Source of the DNA: the human T2T-CHM13v2.0 reference genome, Homo sapiens
Assembly (NCBI GenBank): GCA_009914755.4
Contig: CP068257.2
Span: 7,680,001-7,744,000 of the forward strand
Direction: 5' to 3'
DNA length: 64,000 nucleotides
Positions 14,000-29,750 of the stretch are shown here, piece by piece. A program made the translations under genes and the position numbers. The notes under the pieces are model-generated. The model was not told the origin of the DNA, searched no databases, and worked only from the letters and a program-made list of their open reading frames with translations. Each line of letters starts with the position of its first letter. The stretch's first letter is position 1.

Positions 14000-16900
14000 A
14001 ATGTAATGGAATGGAATGGAATTGAATGGAATAAACACGAGTGGAATGGAATGGAATGGAATGGAATAGAATGGAGTCAATTCAAGTGCAATGGAATGGT
14101 ATACAATGGAATCGAATGGAATGGAATCAACCAGAGTGGAATGGAATGGAAAGGAATGGAATGGAATGGAACGGAACGGAATGGAATGGAATGGAATGGA
14201 ATGGAACGGCATGGAATGGAATGGAATGGAATGGAATGGAATGGAATAGAATATAACGGCATGCAATGGAATGGAATGGAGTGGATTCAACCCGAGTGGA
14301 ATGGAGTGGATTGAACTGTAACGGCATGGAATGGAATGGAATGGAGTGGAATAAACAAGAGTGGAATGGAATGGAATAGAATGGAATGGAATGGAATGGA
14401 GTGAAATAAACTCGAGTGGAATGGAATGGAATGGAATAGAATGGAATGGAATGGAAAGGAATGGAAGAGAATGGAATGGAATCAACTCGAGTGGAAAGGA
14501 ATGGAATGGAAAGGAATGGAATGGAATGGAAAGGAATGGAATGCAATGAAATGCAGTGTTATGGAATGGAATCAACCCGAGTGGAATGGAATGGAATGGA
14601 ATGGAATGGAATGGAATGGAATGGACAGGAATGGAATGGAATGGAATGGAATGGAATGGAATGGAATGGAATGGAATGGAGTGGAATGGACTAGAATGGA
14701 ATGGAATGGAATGAAAACAACCCGATGGGAATGGAATGGAATGCAATGGAATGGAATGGAATCAACTGGAAAGGAATCAAATGGAACGGAATGGAATTGA
14801 ATGGAATGGATTGGAATGGAATGGAATGGAATCAAACCTAGTAGAATGGAATGGAAAGAATGGAATGTACAGGAATGGAATGGAATGGAATGGAATTTAA
14901 TGGAATGGAATGGAATGGAATGGAATTTAATAGAATGGAATGGAATGGAATGGAACAGAATGGAATGGAATCAACCCGATTGGAGTCAAATGAAATGGAA
15001 TGGAAATGAATGGAATAGAATGGAATGGAATGGAACGGAAAGGAATGGCATGAACCCGAGTGGAATGGAATGGAATGGAATGGAATGGAATGGAATGGAA
15101 TGGAATGGAATCGAAAGGCACGGAATGGAATGGAATGGAATGGAATGGAATGGAATCAACCCGAGTGGAATGGAATGGAATGGAATCAAACTGAGTGGAA
15201 TGGAATGGAATGGAATGCAATGGAATGTAATGGAGTGGAAGGCATTAGAATCAACTGGAATGGAATGGAGTGGAATGGAATGGAATCAACGCCAGTGGAA
15301 CGGAATGGAATGGAATGGAATGGATAATAATGGAATGGAATGGAATCAATCCGGGTGGAATGGAATGGAATGGAATGCAATGGAATGGAATGGAATCAAC
15401 TCGAGTGGAATGAAATGTAACGTAATGTAATGTAATGGAATGGAATGGAATGGAATAGAATGGAATCAATTTGAGTGTAATATAACGGTATAGAATGGAA
15501 TGGAATGGAATGGAATCGAATGGAATCAACTAGAGTGGAAACGAATGGAAAGGAATGGAATGGAATGGAATGGAGTGTAATGGAATGGAATGGAATGGAA
15601 TGGAATGGAATGGAATGGAATGGCATGGAATGGAATGGAGTGGAATCAACCAGAGTGGAATGGAGTGCAATGGACTGTAACGGCATGGAATGGAATGGAA
15701 TGGAGTGGAATAAACACGAGTGGAATGGAATGGAATGGAATGGACTGGAATGGAATGGAATGTAATCAACCCGAGTGCAATGGAATGGAATAGAATGGAA
15801 TGAAACAAACACGAGTGGAAAGGAATGGAATGGAATGGAATGGAATGGAAGAGAATGGAATGGAATCAACTCGAGTGGAAAGGAATGGAATGGAAAGGAA
15901 TGGAATGGAATGGAAAGGAATGGAATGCAATGGAATGCAATGTTATGGAATGGAATCAACCCGAGTTGAATGGAATGTAATGGAATGGAATGCAATGGAA
16001 TGGAATGGAATCAACTCGAGTGGAATGAAATGTAATGTAATGTAATGGAATGGAATGGAATGGAATGGAATGGAATAGAATGGAATCATTTCGAATGCAA
16101 TGTAATGGTATAGAATGGAATGGAATGGAATGGAATCAACCAGAGTGGAATGGAATGGAAAGGAATGGAATGGAATGGAATGGAATGGAATGTAACGGCA
16201 TGGAATGGAATGGAATGGAGTGGAATCAACCCGAGTGGAATGGAGTGGAATGGACTGTAATGGAATGGAATGGAATAGAGTGGAATAAACACAAGTGGAA
16301 AGGAATGGAATGGAATCAAACTGAGTGGAATGGAATGGAATGGAAAGCAATGGAATGTAATGCAGTGGAAGGCATTAGAATCAACTGGAATGGAATGGAG
16401 TGGAATGGAATGTAATCAACGCCAGTGGAATGGATTTTAATAGAATGGATAATAATGGAATGGAAGGGAATCAATCCGGGTGGAATGGAATGGAATGGAA
16501 TGCAATGGAATGAAATGAAATCAACTCGAGTGGAATGAAATGTAACGTAATGTAATGGAATGGAATGGAATGGAATGGAATAGAATGGAATCAATTCGAG
16601 TGCAATATAATGGTATAGAATGGAATGGAATGGAATGGAATGGAATGTAACGGCATGGAATGGAATGGAATGGAATGGAATGGAATGGCATGCAATGGAA
16701 TGGAATGGAGTGGAATAAACACGAGTGGAATGGAATGGAATAGAATGGACTGGAATGGAAAGGAATGGAAGAGAATGGAATGGAATCAATACGAGTGGAA
16801 AGGAATGGAATGGAAAGGAATGGAGTGGAATGGAAAGGAATGTAATGCAATGGAATGCAGTGTTATGGAATGGAATCAACCCGAGTGGAATGGAATGGAA

Positions 16901-19560
16901 TGGAATGGAATGGAGTGGAATGGAATGGAATGGAATGCAATGGAATGGACAGGAATGGAATGGAATGGAATGGAACGGAATGGAATGGAATGGAATGGAG
17001 TGGAATGGACTAGAATGGAATGGAATGGAAGGAAATCAACCCTATTGGAATGGAATGGAATGCAATGGAATGGAATGGAATCAACTGGTAAGGAAACAAA
17101 TGGAACAGAATGGAATAGAATGGAATGGATTGTAATGGAATGGAATGGAATCAAACCTAGTAGAATGGAATGGAAAGAATGGAATGAACAGGAATGGAAT
17201 GGAATGGAATGGAATTTAATGGAATGGAATGGAATTTAATAGAATGGAATGGAATGGAATGGAATGGAATGGAATGGAATGGAATGGAATCAACACGAGT
17301 GGAGTGGAATGGAATGGAATGGAAATGAATGGAATAGAATGGAATGGAATGGAACGGAAAGGAATGGAATGAACCCGAGTGGAATGGAATGGAATGGAAT
17401 GGAATGGAATGGAATGGAAAGGCACGGAATGGAATGGAATGGAATGGAATGGAATGGAATGGAATGGAATGGAATCAACCCGAGTGGAATGGAATGGAAT
17501 GGAATCAAACTGAGTGGAATGGAATGGAATGGAATGCAATGGAATGTAATGCAGTGGAAGGCATTAGAATCAACTGGAATGGAATGCAGTGGAATGGAAT
17601 GGAATCAACGCCAGTGGAATGGAATGGAATGGAATGGAATGGATAATAATAGAATGGAATGGAATAAATCCGGCTGGAATGGAATGGAATGGAATGCAAT
17701 GGAATGAAATGGAATCAACTCGAGTGGAATGAAATGTAACGTAATGTAATGGAATGGAATGGAATGGAATGGAATAGAATGGAATCAATTCGAGTGCAAT
17801 ATAATGGTATAGAATGGAATGGAATAGAATGGAATGGAATGGAATGGAATCAACCAGAGTGGAATGGAATGGAATGGAATGGAATGGAATGGAATGGAAT
17901 GGAATGGAACGGCATGGAATGGAATGGAATGGAATGGAATGGAATGGAATGGAATATAACGGCATGCAATGGAATGGAATGGAGTGGATTCAACCCGAGT
18001 GGAATGGAGTGGATTGGACTGTAACGGCATGGAATGGAATGGAATGGAGTGGAATAAACACGAGTAGAATGGAATGGAATAGAATGGAATGGAATGGAAT
18101 GGAGTGAAATAAACTCGAGTGGAATGGAATGGAATGGAATAGAATGGAATGGAATGGAAAGGAATGGAAGAGAATGGAATGGAATCAACTCGAGTGGAAA
18201 GGAATGGAATGGAAAGGAATGGAATGGAATGGAAAGGAATGGAATGCAATGGAATGCAGTGTTATGGAATGGAATCAACCCGAGTGGAATGGAATGGAAT
18301 GGAATGGAATGGAATGGACAGGAATGGAATGGAATGGAATGGAATGGAATGGAATGGAATGGAATGGAATGCAATGGAGTGGAATGGACTAGAATGGAAT
18401 GGAATGGAATGAAATCAACCCGATGGGAATGGAATGGAATGCAATGGAATGGAATGGAATCAACTGGAAAGGAATCAAATGGAACGGAATGGAATTGAAT
18501 GGAATGGATTGGAATGGAATGGAATGGAATCAAACCTAGTAGAATGGAATGGAAAGAATGGAATGTACAGGAATGGAATGGAATGGAATGGAATTTAATG
18601 GAATGGAATGGAATGGAATGGAATTTAATAGAATGGAATGGAATGGAATGGAATGGAATGGAATGGAATGGAATCAACCCGATTGGAGTCAAATGAAATG
18701 GAATGGAAATGAATGGAATAGAATGGAATGGAATGGAACGGAAAGGAATGGCATGAACCCGAGTGGAATGGAATGGAATGGAATGGAATGGAATGGAATG
18801 GAATGGAATGGAATCGAAAGGCACGGAATGGAATGGAATGGAATGGAATGGAATGGAATCAACCCGAATGGAATGGAAAGGAATGGAATCAAACTGAGTG
18901 GAATGGAATGGAATGGAATGCAATGGAATGTAATGGAGTGGAAGGCATTAGAATCAACTGGAATGGAATGGAGTGGAATTGAATGGAATCAACGCCAGTT
19001 GAATGGAATGGAATGGAATGGAATGGATAATAATGGAATGGAATGGAATCAATCCGGGTGGAATGGAATGGAATGGAATGCAATGGAATGGAATGGAATC
19101 AACTCGAGTGGAATGAAATGAAATGTAACGTAATGTAATGTAATGTAATGGAATGGAATGGAATAGAATGGAATCAATTCGAGTGTAATATAACGGTATA
19201 GAATGGAATGGAATGGAATGGAATCAACTAGAGTGGAAACGAATGGAAAGGAATGGAATGGAATGGAATGGAGTGTAATGGAATGGAATGGAATGGAATG
19301 GAATGGAATGGCATGGAATGGAATGGAATGGAATGGAGTGGAATCAACCAGAGTGGAATGGAGTGCAATGGACTGTAACGGCATGGAATGGAATGGAATG
19401 GAGTGGAATAAACACGAGTGGAATGGAATGGAATGGAATGGACTGGAATGGAATGGAATGGAATCAACACGAGTGAAATGGAATGGAATAGAATGGAATG
19501 AAATAAACACGAGTGGAAAGGAACGGAATGGAATGGAATGGAAGAGAATGGAATGGAATC
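14000..19560 (+). repeat. HSat3 sub-block with about 3.70 kb higher-order repeat, roughly 1.5 copies
   Basis: Identical or near-identical repeat-derived ORF-track strings recur at an offset of exactly 3698: 14801 with 18499, 15505 with 19203, 16050 with 19748, and 14426-14800 with 18129-18498. Confidence 0.65.
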
Positions 19561-22500
19561 AACTCGAGTGGAAAGGAATGGAATGGAAAGGAATGGAATG
19601 GAATGGAATGGAAAGGAATGGAATGCAATGGAATGCAATGTTATGGAATGGAATCAACCCGAGTTGAATGGAATGGAATGGAATGGAATGCAATGGAATG
19701 GAATGGAATCAACTCGAGTGGAATGAAATGTAATGTAATGTAATGTAATGGAATGGAATGGAATGGAATGGAATAGAATGGAATCACTTCGAATGCAATG
19801 TAATGGTATAGAATGGAATGGAATGGAATGGAATCAACCAGAGTGGAATGGAATGGAAAGCAATGGAAAGGAATGGAATGGAATGGAATGTAACGGCATG
19901 GAATGGAATGGAATGGAGTGGAATCAACCCGAGTGGAATGGAGTGGAATGGACTGTAATGGAATGGAATGGAATGGAGTGGAATAAACACAAGTGGAAAG
20001 GAATGGAATGGAATCAAACTGAGTGGAATGGAATGGAATGGAAAGCAATGGAATGTAATGCAGTGGAAGGCATTAGAATCAACTGGAATGGAATGGAGTG
20101 GAATGGAATGGAATCAACGCCAGTGGAATGGATTGGAATGGAATGGATAATAATGGAATGGAAGGGAATCAATCCGGGTGGAATGGAATGGAATGGAATG
20201 CAATGGAATGAAATGGAATAAACTCGAGTGGAATGAAATGTAACGTAATGTAATGTAATGGAATGGAATGGAATGGAATAGAATGGAATCAATTCGAGTG
20301 CAATATAATGGTATAGAATGGAATGGAATGGAATGGAATGGAATGGAATCAACCAGAGTGGAATGGAATGGAAAGGAATGGAATGGAATGGAATGGAAAG
20401 GAATGGAATGCAATGGAATGCAATGTTATGGAATGGAATCAACCCGAGTTGAATGGAATGGAATGGAATGGAATGCAATGGAATGGAATGGAATCAACTC
20501 GAGTGGAATGAAATGTAATGTAATGTAATGTAATGGAATGGAATGGAATGGAATGGAATAGAATGGAATCACTTCGAATGCAATGTAATGGTATAGAATG
20601 GAATGGAATGGAATGGAATCAACCAGAGTGGAATGGAATGGAAAGCAATGGAAAGGAATGGAATGGAATGGAATGTAACGGCATGGAATGGAATGGAATG
20701 GAGTGGAATCAACCCGAGTGGAATGGAGTGGAATGGACTGTAATGGAATGGAATGGAATGGAGTGGAATAAACACAAGTGGAAAGGAATGGAATGGAATC
20801 AAACTGAGTGGAATGGAATGGAATGGAAAGCAATGGAATGTAATGCAGTGGAAGGCATTAGAATCAACTGGAATGGAATGGAGTGGAATGGAATGGAATC
20901 AACGCCAGTGGAATGGATTGGAATGGAATGGATAATAATGGAATGGAAGGGAATCAATCCGGGTGGAATGGAATGGAATGGAATGCAATGGAATGAAATG
21001 GAATAAACTCGAGTGGAATGAAATGTAACGTAATGTAATGTAATGGAATGGAATGGAATGGAATAGAATGGAATCAATTCGAGTGCAATATAATGGTATA
21101 GAATGGAATGGAATGGAATGGAATGGAATGGAATCAACCAGAGTGGAATGGAATGGAAAGGAATGGAATGGAATGGAATGGAAAGGAATGGAATGCAATG
21201 GAATGCAATGTTATGGAATGGAATCAACCCGAGTTGAATGGAATGGAATGGAATGGAATGCAATGGAATGGAATGGAATCAACTCGAGTGGAATGAAATG
21301 TAATGTAATGTAATGTAATGGAATGGAATGGAATGGAATGGAATAGAATGGAATCACTTCGAATGCAATGTAATGGTATAGAATGGAATGGAATGGAATG
21401 GAATCAACCAGAGTGGAATGGAATGGAAAGCAATGGAAAGGAATGGAATGGAATGGAATGTAACGGCATGGAATGGAATGGAATGGAGTGGAATCAACCC
21501 GAGTGGAATGGAGTGGAATGGACTGTAATGGAATGGAATGGAATGGAGTGGAATAAACACAAGTGGAAAGGAATGGAATGGAATCAAACTGAGTGGAATG
21601 GAATGGAATGGAAAGCAATGGAATGTAATGCAGTGGAAGGCATTAGAATCAACTGGAATGGAATGGAGTGGAATGGAATGGAATCAACGCCAGTGGAATG
21701 GATTGGAATGGAATGGATAATAATGGAATGGAAGGGAATCAATCCGGGTGGAATGGAATGGAATGGAATGCAATGGAATGAAATGGAATAAACTCGAGTG
21801 GAATGAAATGTAACGTAATGTAATGTAATGGAATGGAATGGAATGGAATAGAATGGAATCAATTCGAGTGCAATATAATGGTATAGAATGGAATGGAATG
21901 GAATGGAATGGAATGGAATCAACCAGAGTGGAATGGAATGGAAAGGAATGGAATGGAATGGAATGGAAAGGAATGGAATGCAATGGAATGCAATGTTATG
22001 GAATGGAATCAACCCGAGTTGAATGGAATGGAATGGAATGGAATGCAATGGAATGGAATGGAATCAACTCGAGTGGAATGAAATGTAATGTAATGTAATG
22101 TAATGGAATGGAATGGAATGGAATGGAATAGAATGGAATCACTTCGAATGCAATGTAATGGTATAGAATGGAATGGAATGGAATGGAATCAACCAGAGTG
22201 GAATGGAATGGAAAGCAATGGAAAGGAATGGAATGGAATGGAATGTAACGGCATGGAATGGAATGGAATGGAGTGGAATCAACCCGAGTGGAATGGAGTG
22301 GAATGGACTGTAATGGAATGGAATGGAATGGAGTGGAATAAACACAAGTGGAAAGGAATGGAATGGAATCAAACTGAGTGGAATGGAATGGAATGGAAAG
22401 CAATGGAATGTAATGCAGTGGAAGGCATTAGAATCAACTGGAATGGAATGGAGTGGAATGGAATGGAATCAAAGCCAGTGGAATGGATTGGAATGGAATG

Positions 22501-22740
22501 GATAATAATGGAATGGAAGGGAATCAATCCGGGTGGAATGGAATGGAATGGAATGCAATGGAATGAAATGGAATAAACTCGAGTGGAATGAAATGTAACG
22601 TAATGTAATGGAATGGAATGGAATGGAATGGAATAGAATGGAATCAATTCGAGTGCAATATAATGGTATAGAATGGAATGGAATGGAATGGAATGGAATG
22701 GAATCAACCAGAGTGGAATGGAATGGAAAGGAATGGAATG
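19560..22740 (+). repeat. 785-bp unit tandemly repeated about 4.05 times, near-identical copies, nested within HSat3
   Basis: ORF-track strings repeat with a spacing of exactly 785. The plus-strand sets are 19748, 20533, 21318, 22103 (a 157-aa translation identical in all four apart from one T-to-K change in the last copy) and 20268, 21053, 21838. The minus-strand sets are 19641, 20426, 21211, 21996 and 20014, 20799, 21584, and 19784, 20569, 21354, 22139. Both block edges fall at the same phase of the unit (...gaaaggaatggaatgg | aaaggaatggaatgcaatg). Confidence 0.9.
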
Positions 22741-24099
22741 GAATGGAATGGAATGGAATGGAATGGAATGGAACGGCATGGAATGGAATGGAATGGAGTG
22801 GAATCAACCCGAGTGGAATGGAGTGGAATGGACTGTAATGGCATGGAATGGAATGGAATGGAATGGAGTGGAATAAACACAAGTGGAATGGAATGGAATG
22901 GAATGGACTGGAATCTACCAGAGTGCAATGGAATGGAATAGAATGGAATGGAATTGAATGGAATGAAATAAACACGAGCGGAATGGAATGGAATGGAATG
23001 GAATGGAGTGGAATGGACTAGAATGGAATGGAATGGAATGAAATCAACCCGATTGGAATGGAATGGAATGCAATGGAATGGAATGGAATCAATTGGAAAG
23101 GAATCAAATGGAACGGAATGGAATGGAATGGAATGGAATGGAATGGAATGGAATGGAACGGAATGGAATCAACCTCTGTGGAATGGAATGGAATGGAATG
23201 GATTATAATGGAATGGAATGGAATCAATCCGGGTGGAATGGAATGGAATGGAACGGAATGGAATGCAATGGAATGGACAGGAATGGAATGGAATGGAATT
23301 CAATGGAATGGAATGGACAGGAATGCAATGGAATGTAATGGAATGGAATGGAATGGAGTGGAATGGACTAGAATGGAATGGAATGGAATGAAATCAACCC
23401 GATTGGAATGGAATGGAATGCAATGGAATGGAATGGAATCAACTGGAAAAGAATCAAATGGAACGGAATGGAATAGAATGGAATGGATTGGAATGGAAGG
23501 GAATGGATTCAACCCGAGTGGAATGGAATGGAATAGAACGGAATAAACACGAGTGGAATGGAATGGAATGGAATGGAATGGAATGGAATGGAATGGAATC
23601 AACTCGAGTGGAATGAAATGTAATGTAATGGAATGGAATGGAAGTGAATGGAATAAACACGAGTGGAATGGAATGGAATGGAATGGAATAGAATGGAGTC
23701 AATTCAAGTGCAATGGAATGGTATACAATGGAATCGAATGGAATGGAATCAACCAGAGTGGAATGGAATGGAAAGGAATGGAATGGAATGGAACGGAACG
23801 GAATGGAATGGAATGGAATGGAATGTAACGGCATGGAATGGAATGGAATGGAATGGAATGGAATGGAATGGAATGGAATATAACGGCATGCAATGGAATG
23901 GAATGGAGTGGATTCAACCCGAGTGGAATGGAGTGGATTGGACTGTAACGGCATGGAATGGAATGGAATGGAGTGAAATAAACTCGAGTGGAATGGAATG
24001 GAATGGAATAGAATGGAATGGAATTGAAAGGAATGGAAGAGAATGGAATGGAATCAACTCGAGTGGAAAGGAATGGATTGGAAAGGAATGGAATGGAAT

Positions 24100-27000
24100 G
24101 GAAAGGAATGGAATGCAATGGAATGCAGTGTTATGGAATGGAATCAACCCGAGTGGAATGGAATGGAACGGAAAGGAATGGAATGCAATGGAATGCAATG
24201 TTAGGGAATGGAATCAACCCGAGTGGAATGGAATGGAATGGAATGGAATGCAATGGAATGGAATGGAATGGAATGGAATGGAATAAAATGGAATCAATTC
24301 GAATGCAATGTAATGGTATAGAATGGAATGGAATGGAATGGAATGGAATCAACCACAGTGGAATGGAATGGAAAGGAATGGAATGGAATGGAATGGAATG
24401 GAATGGAATGGAATGGAATGTAACAGCATGGAATGGAATGGAATGGAGTGGAATCAACCCGAGTGGAATGGAGTGGAATGGACTGTAATGGTCTGGAATG
24501 GAATGGAATGGAATGGAGTGGAATAAACACAAGTGGAATGGAATGGAATGGAATGGACTGGAATCAACCAGAGTGCAATGGAATGGAATAGAATGGAATG
24601 GAATGGAATGGAATGAAAAAAACACGAGTGGAATGGAATGGAATGGAATGGAATGGAATTCAATGGAATGGAATGGACAGGAATGGAATGGAATGGAATG
24701 GAATGGCGTGGAATGGACTAGAATGGAATGGAATGGAATGAAATCAACCCGATTGGAATGGAATGGAATGCAATGGAATGGAATGGAATCAACTGGAAAG
24801 GAATTAAATGGAACGGAATGGAATAGAATGGAATGGATTGGAATGGAATGGAATGGATTCAACCCGAGTGGAATGGAATGGAATAGAATGGAATAAACAC
24901 GAGTGGAATGGAATGGAATGGAATGGAATGGAATGGAATGGAATGGAATGGAATCAACTCGAGTGGAATGAAATGGAATGGAATGGAATGGAATGGAATT
25001 GAATGGAATAAACACGAGTGGAATGGAATGGAATGGAATGGAATGGAATGGAATGGAATGGAATAGAATGGAGTCAATTCAAGTGCAATGGAATGGTATA
25101 AAATGGAATCGAATGGAATGGAATCAACCAGAGTGGAATGGAATGGAAAGGTATAGAATGGAATGGAATGGAATGGAATGGAACGGAATGGAATGGAATG
25201 GAATGGAATGTAACGGCATGGAATGGAATGGAATGGAATGGAATGGAATGGAATGGAATGGAATGGCATGCAATGGAATGGAATGGAGTGGAATAAACAC
25301 GAGTGGAATGGAATGGAATGGAATGGACTGGAATGGAAAGGAATGGAAGAGAATGGAATGGAATCAACACGAGTGGAAAGGAATGGAATGGAAAGGAATG
25401 GAATGGAATGGAAAGGAATGTAATGCAATGGAATGCAGTGTTATGGAATGGAATCAACCCGAGTGGAATGGAATGGAATGGAATGGAATGGAGTGGAATG
25501 GAATGGAATGGAATGCAATGGAATGGACAGGAATGGAATGGAATGGAAAGGAATGGAATGGAGTGGAATGGACTAGAATGAAATGGAATGGAATGAAATC
25601 AACCCTATTGGAATGGAATGGAATGCAATGGAATGGAATGGAATCAACTGGTAAGGAAACAAATGAACAGAATGGAATAGAATGGAATGGATTGTAATGG
25701 AATGGAATGGAATCAAACCTAGTAGAATGGAATGGAAAGAATGGAATGAACAGGAATGGAATGGAATGGAATGGAATTTAATGGAATGCAATGGAATTTA
25801 ATAGAATGGAATGGAATGGAATGGATTATAATGGAATGGAATGGAATCAATCTGGGTGGAATGGAATGGAATGGAATGGAATGGAATGGAATGGACTGTA
25901 ACGGCATGGAATGCAATGGAATGGAGTGGAATCAACCCGAGTGGAATGGAATGGAATGGACTGTAACGGCATGGAACGGAATGGAATGGAGTGGAATCAA
26001 ACCGAGAGGAATGGAATGGAATGGAATGGAATGGAATGGAATGGAATAGAATGGAATCAATTCGAATGCAATGTAATGGTATAGAATGGAATGGAATGGA
26101 ATGGAATCAACCAGAGTGGAATGGAATGGAATGGAATGCAATGGAATAGAATGTAATGGAATGGAACGGAATGGAACGGAATGGAATGGAATGGAATGGA
26201 ATGGAATGGAATGGCATGGAATGGAATGGAATGGAGTGGAATCAACCCGAGTGGAATGGAGTGGAATGGACTGTAATGGCATGGAATGGAATGGAATGGA
26301 GTGGAATAAACACAAGTGGAATGGAATGGAATGGAATGGACTACAATCAACCAGAGTGCAATGGAATGGAATAGAATGGAATGGAATGGAATGGAATGAA
26401 ATAAACACGAGTGGAATGGAATGGAATGGAATGGAAGAGAATGGAATGGAATCAACTCGAGTGGAAAGGAATGGAATGGAAAGGAATGGAATGGAATGGA
26501 ATGGAACGGAATGGAATGGAATGGAATGGAATGTAACGGCATGGAATGGAATGGAATGGAATGGAATGGAATGGAATGGAATGGAATGGAATATAACGGC
26601 ATGCAATGGAATGGAATGGAGTGGATTCAACCAGAGTGGAATGGAGTGGATTGGACCGTAACGGCATGGAATGGAATGGAATGGAGTGGAATAAACACGA
26701 GTGGAATGGAATGGAATGGAATGGACTGGAATCAACCCGAGTGCAATGGAATGGAATGGAATGGAATGGAATGGAATGGAGTGAAATAAACTCGAGTGGA
26801 ATGGAATGGAATGAAATAGAATGGAATGGAATGGAAAGGAATGGAAGAGAATGGAATGGAATCAACTCGAGTGGAAAGGAATGGAATGGAAAGGAATGGA
26901 ATGGAATGGAAAGGAATGGAATGCAATGGAATGCAGTGTTATGGAATGGAATCAACCCGAGTGGAATGGAATGGAATGGAAAGGAATGGAATGCAATGGA

Positions 27001-29750
27001 ATGCAATGTTAGGGAATGGAATCAACCCGAGTGGAATGGAATGGAATGGAATGGAATGCAATGGAATGGAATGGAATGGAATGGAATGGAATAGAATGGA
27101 ATCAATTCGAATGCAATGTAATGGTATAGAATGGAATGGAATGGAATGGAATGGAATCAACCAGAGTGGAATGGAATGGAAAGGAATGGAATGGAATGGA
27201 ATGGAATGGAAAGGAATGGAATGGAATGGAATGGAATGGAATGGAATGGAATGGAATGTAACAGCATGGAATGGAATGGAATGGAGTGGAATCAACCCGA
27301 GTGGAATGGAGTGGAATGGACTGTAATGGTCTGGAATGGAATGGAGTGGAATAAACACAAGTGGAATGGAATGGAATGGAATGGACTGGAATCAACTAGA
27401 GTGCAATGGAATGGAATAGAATGGAATGGAATGGAATGGAATGAAAAAAACACGAGTGGAATGGAATGGAATGGAATGGAATTCAATGGAATGGAATGGA
27501 CAGGAATGGAATGGAATGGAATGGAATGGAGTGCAATGGACTAGAATGGAATGGAATGGAATGAAATCAACCCGATTGGAATGGAATGGAATGCAATGGA
27601 ATGGAATGGAATCAACTGGAAAGGAATCAAATGGAACGGAATGGAATAGAATGGAATGGATTGGAATGGAATGGAATGGATTCAACCCGAGTGGAATGGA
27701 ATGGAATAGAATGGAATAAACACGAGTGGAATGGAATGGAATGGAATGGAATGGAATGGAATCAACTCGAGTGGAATGAAATGGAATGGAATGGAATGGA
27801 ATGGAATTGAATGGAATAAACACGAGTGGAATGGAATGGAATGGAATGGAATGGAATGGAATGGAATGGAATAGAATGGAGTCAATTCAAGTGCAATGGA
27901 ATGGTATAAAATGGAATCGAATGGAATGGAATCAACCAGAGTGGAATGGAATGGAAAGGTATAGAATGGAATGGAATGGAATGGAATGGAACGGAATGGA
28001 ATGGAATGGAATGGAATGTAACGGCATGGAATGGAATGGAATGGAATGGAATGGAATGGAATGGAATGGCATGCAATGGAATGGAATGGAGTGGAATAAA
28101 CACGAGTGGAATGGAATGGAATGGAATGGACTGGAATGGAAAGGAATGGAAGAGAATGGAATGGAATCAACACGAGTGGAAAGGAATGGAATGGAAAGGA
28201 ATGGAATGGAATGGAAAGGAATGTAATGCAATGGAATGCAGTGTTATGGAATGGAATCAACCCGAGTGGAATGGAATGGAATGGAATGGAATGGAGTGGA
28301 ATGGAGTGGAATGGAATGTAATGGAATGGACAGGAATGGAATGGAATGGAATGGAATGGAATGGAATGGAGTGGAATGGACTAGAATGGAATGGAATGGA
28401 ATGAAATCAACCCTATTGGAATGGAATGGAATGCAATGGAATGGAATGGAATCAACTGGTAAGGAAACAAATGGAACAGAATGGAATAGAATGGAATGGA
28501 TTGTAATGGAATGGAATGGAATCAAACCTAGTAGAATGGAATGGAAAGAATGGAATGAACAGGAATGGAATGGAATGGAATGGAATTTAATGGAATGGAA
28601 TGGATTATAATGGAATGGAATGGAATCAATCTGGGTGGAATGGAATGGAATGGAATGGAATGGAATGGACTGTAACGGCATGGAATGCAATGGAATGGAG
28701 TGGAATCAACCCGAGTGGAATGGAATGGAATGGACTGTAACGGCATGGAACGGAATGGAATGGAGTGGAATCAAACCGTGAGGAATGGAATGGAATGGAA
28801 TGGAATGGAATGGAATGGAATGGAATAGAATGGAATCAATTCGAATGCAATATAATGGTATAGAATGGAATGGAATGGCATGGAATCAACCAGAGTGGAA
28901 TGGAATGGAATGGAATGGAATGGAATGGAATGGAATAGAATGTAATGGAATGGAACGGAATGGAACGGAATGGAATAGAATGTAATGGAATGGAACGGAA
29001 CGGAACGGAATGGAATGGAATGGAATGGAATGGAATGGAATGGAATGGAATGGAATGGAATGGCATGGAATGGAATGGAATGGAGTGGAATCAACCCGAG
29101 TGGAATGGAGTGGAATGGACTGTAATGGCATGGAATGGAATGGAATGGAGTGGAATAAACACAAGTGGAATGGAATGGAATGGAATGGACTACAATCAAC
29201 CAGAGTGCAATGGAATGGAATAGAATGGAATGGAATGGAATGGAATGAAATAAACACGAGTGGAATGGAATGGAATGGAATGGAAGAGAATGGAATGGAA
29301 TCAACTTGAGTGGAAAGGAATGGAATGGAAAGGAATGGAATGGAATGGAAAGGAATGGAATGCAATGGAATGCAGTGTTATGGAATGGAATCAACCCGAG
29401 TGGAATGGAATGGAATGGAATGGAATGCAATGGAATGGACAGGAATGGAATGGAATGGAATGGAATGGAATGGAATGGAATGGAATGGAGTGGAATGGAC
29501 TAGAATGGAATGGAATGGAATGAAATCAACCCGATTGGAATGGAATGGAATGCAATGGAATGGAATGGAATCAACTGGAAAGGAATCAAATGGAACGGAA
29601 TGGAATGGAATGGAATGGAATGGAATGGAATCAACCCTAGTGGAATGGAATGGAATGAAATCAAACTGAGTGGAATGGAAGGGAATGGAATGCAATGGAA
29701 TGTAATGGAGTGGAAGGCATTTGAATCAACTGGAATGGAATGGAAAGGAA
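24100..29750 (+). repeat. HSat3 sub-block with about 2.8 kb periodicity, paralogous to 7.4-11.2 kb
   Basis: Minus-strand strings at 24131 with 26939 and at 24294 with 27102 are offset by 2808. Those at 24859 with 27682 are offset by 2823. The same strings occur at 7426, 7880 and 8365, an offset of about 16.4 kb. Strings at 28771-29700 also match 9853-10980, an offset of about 18.7 kb. Confidence 0.55.
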
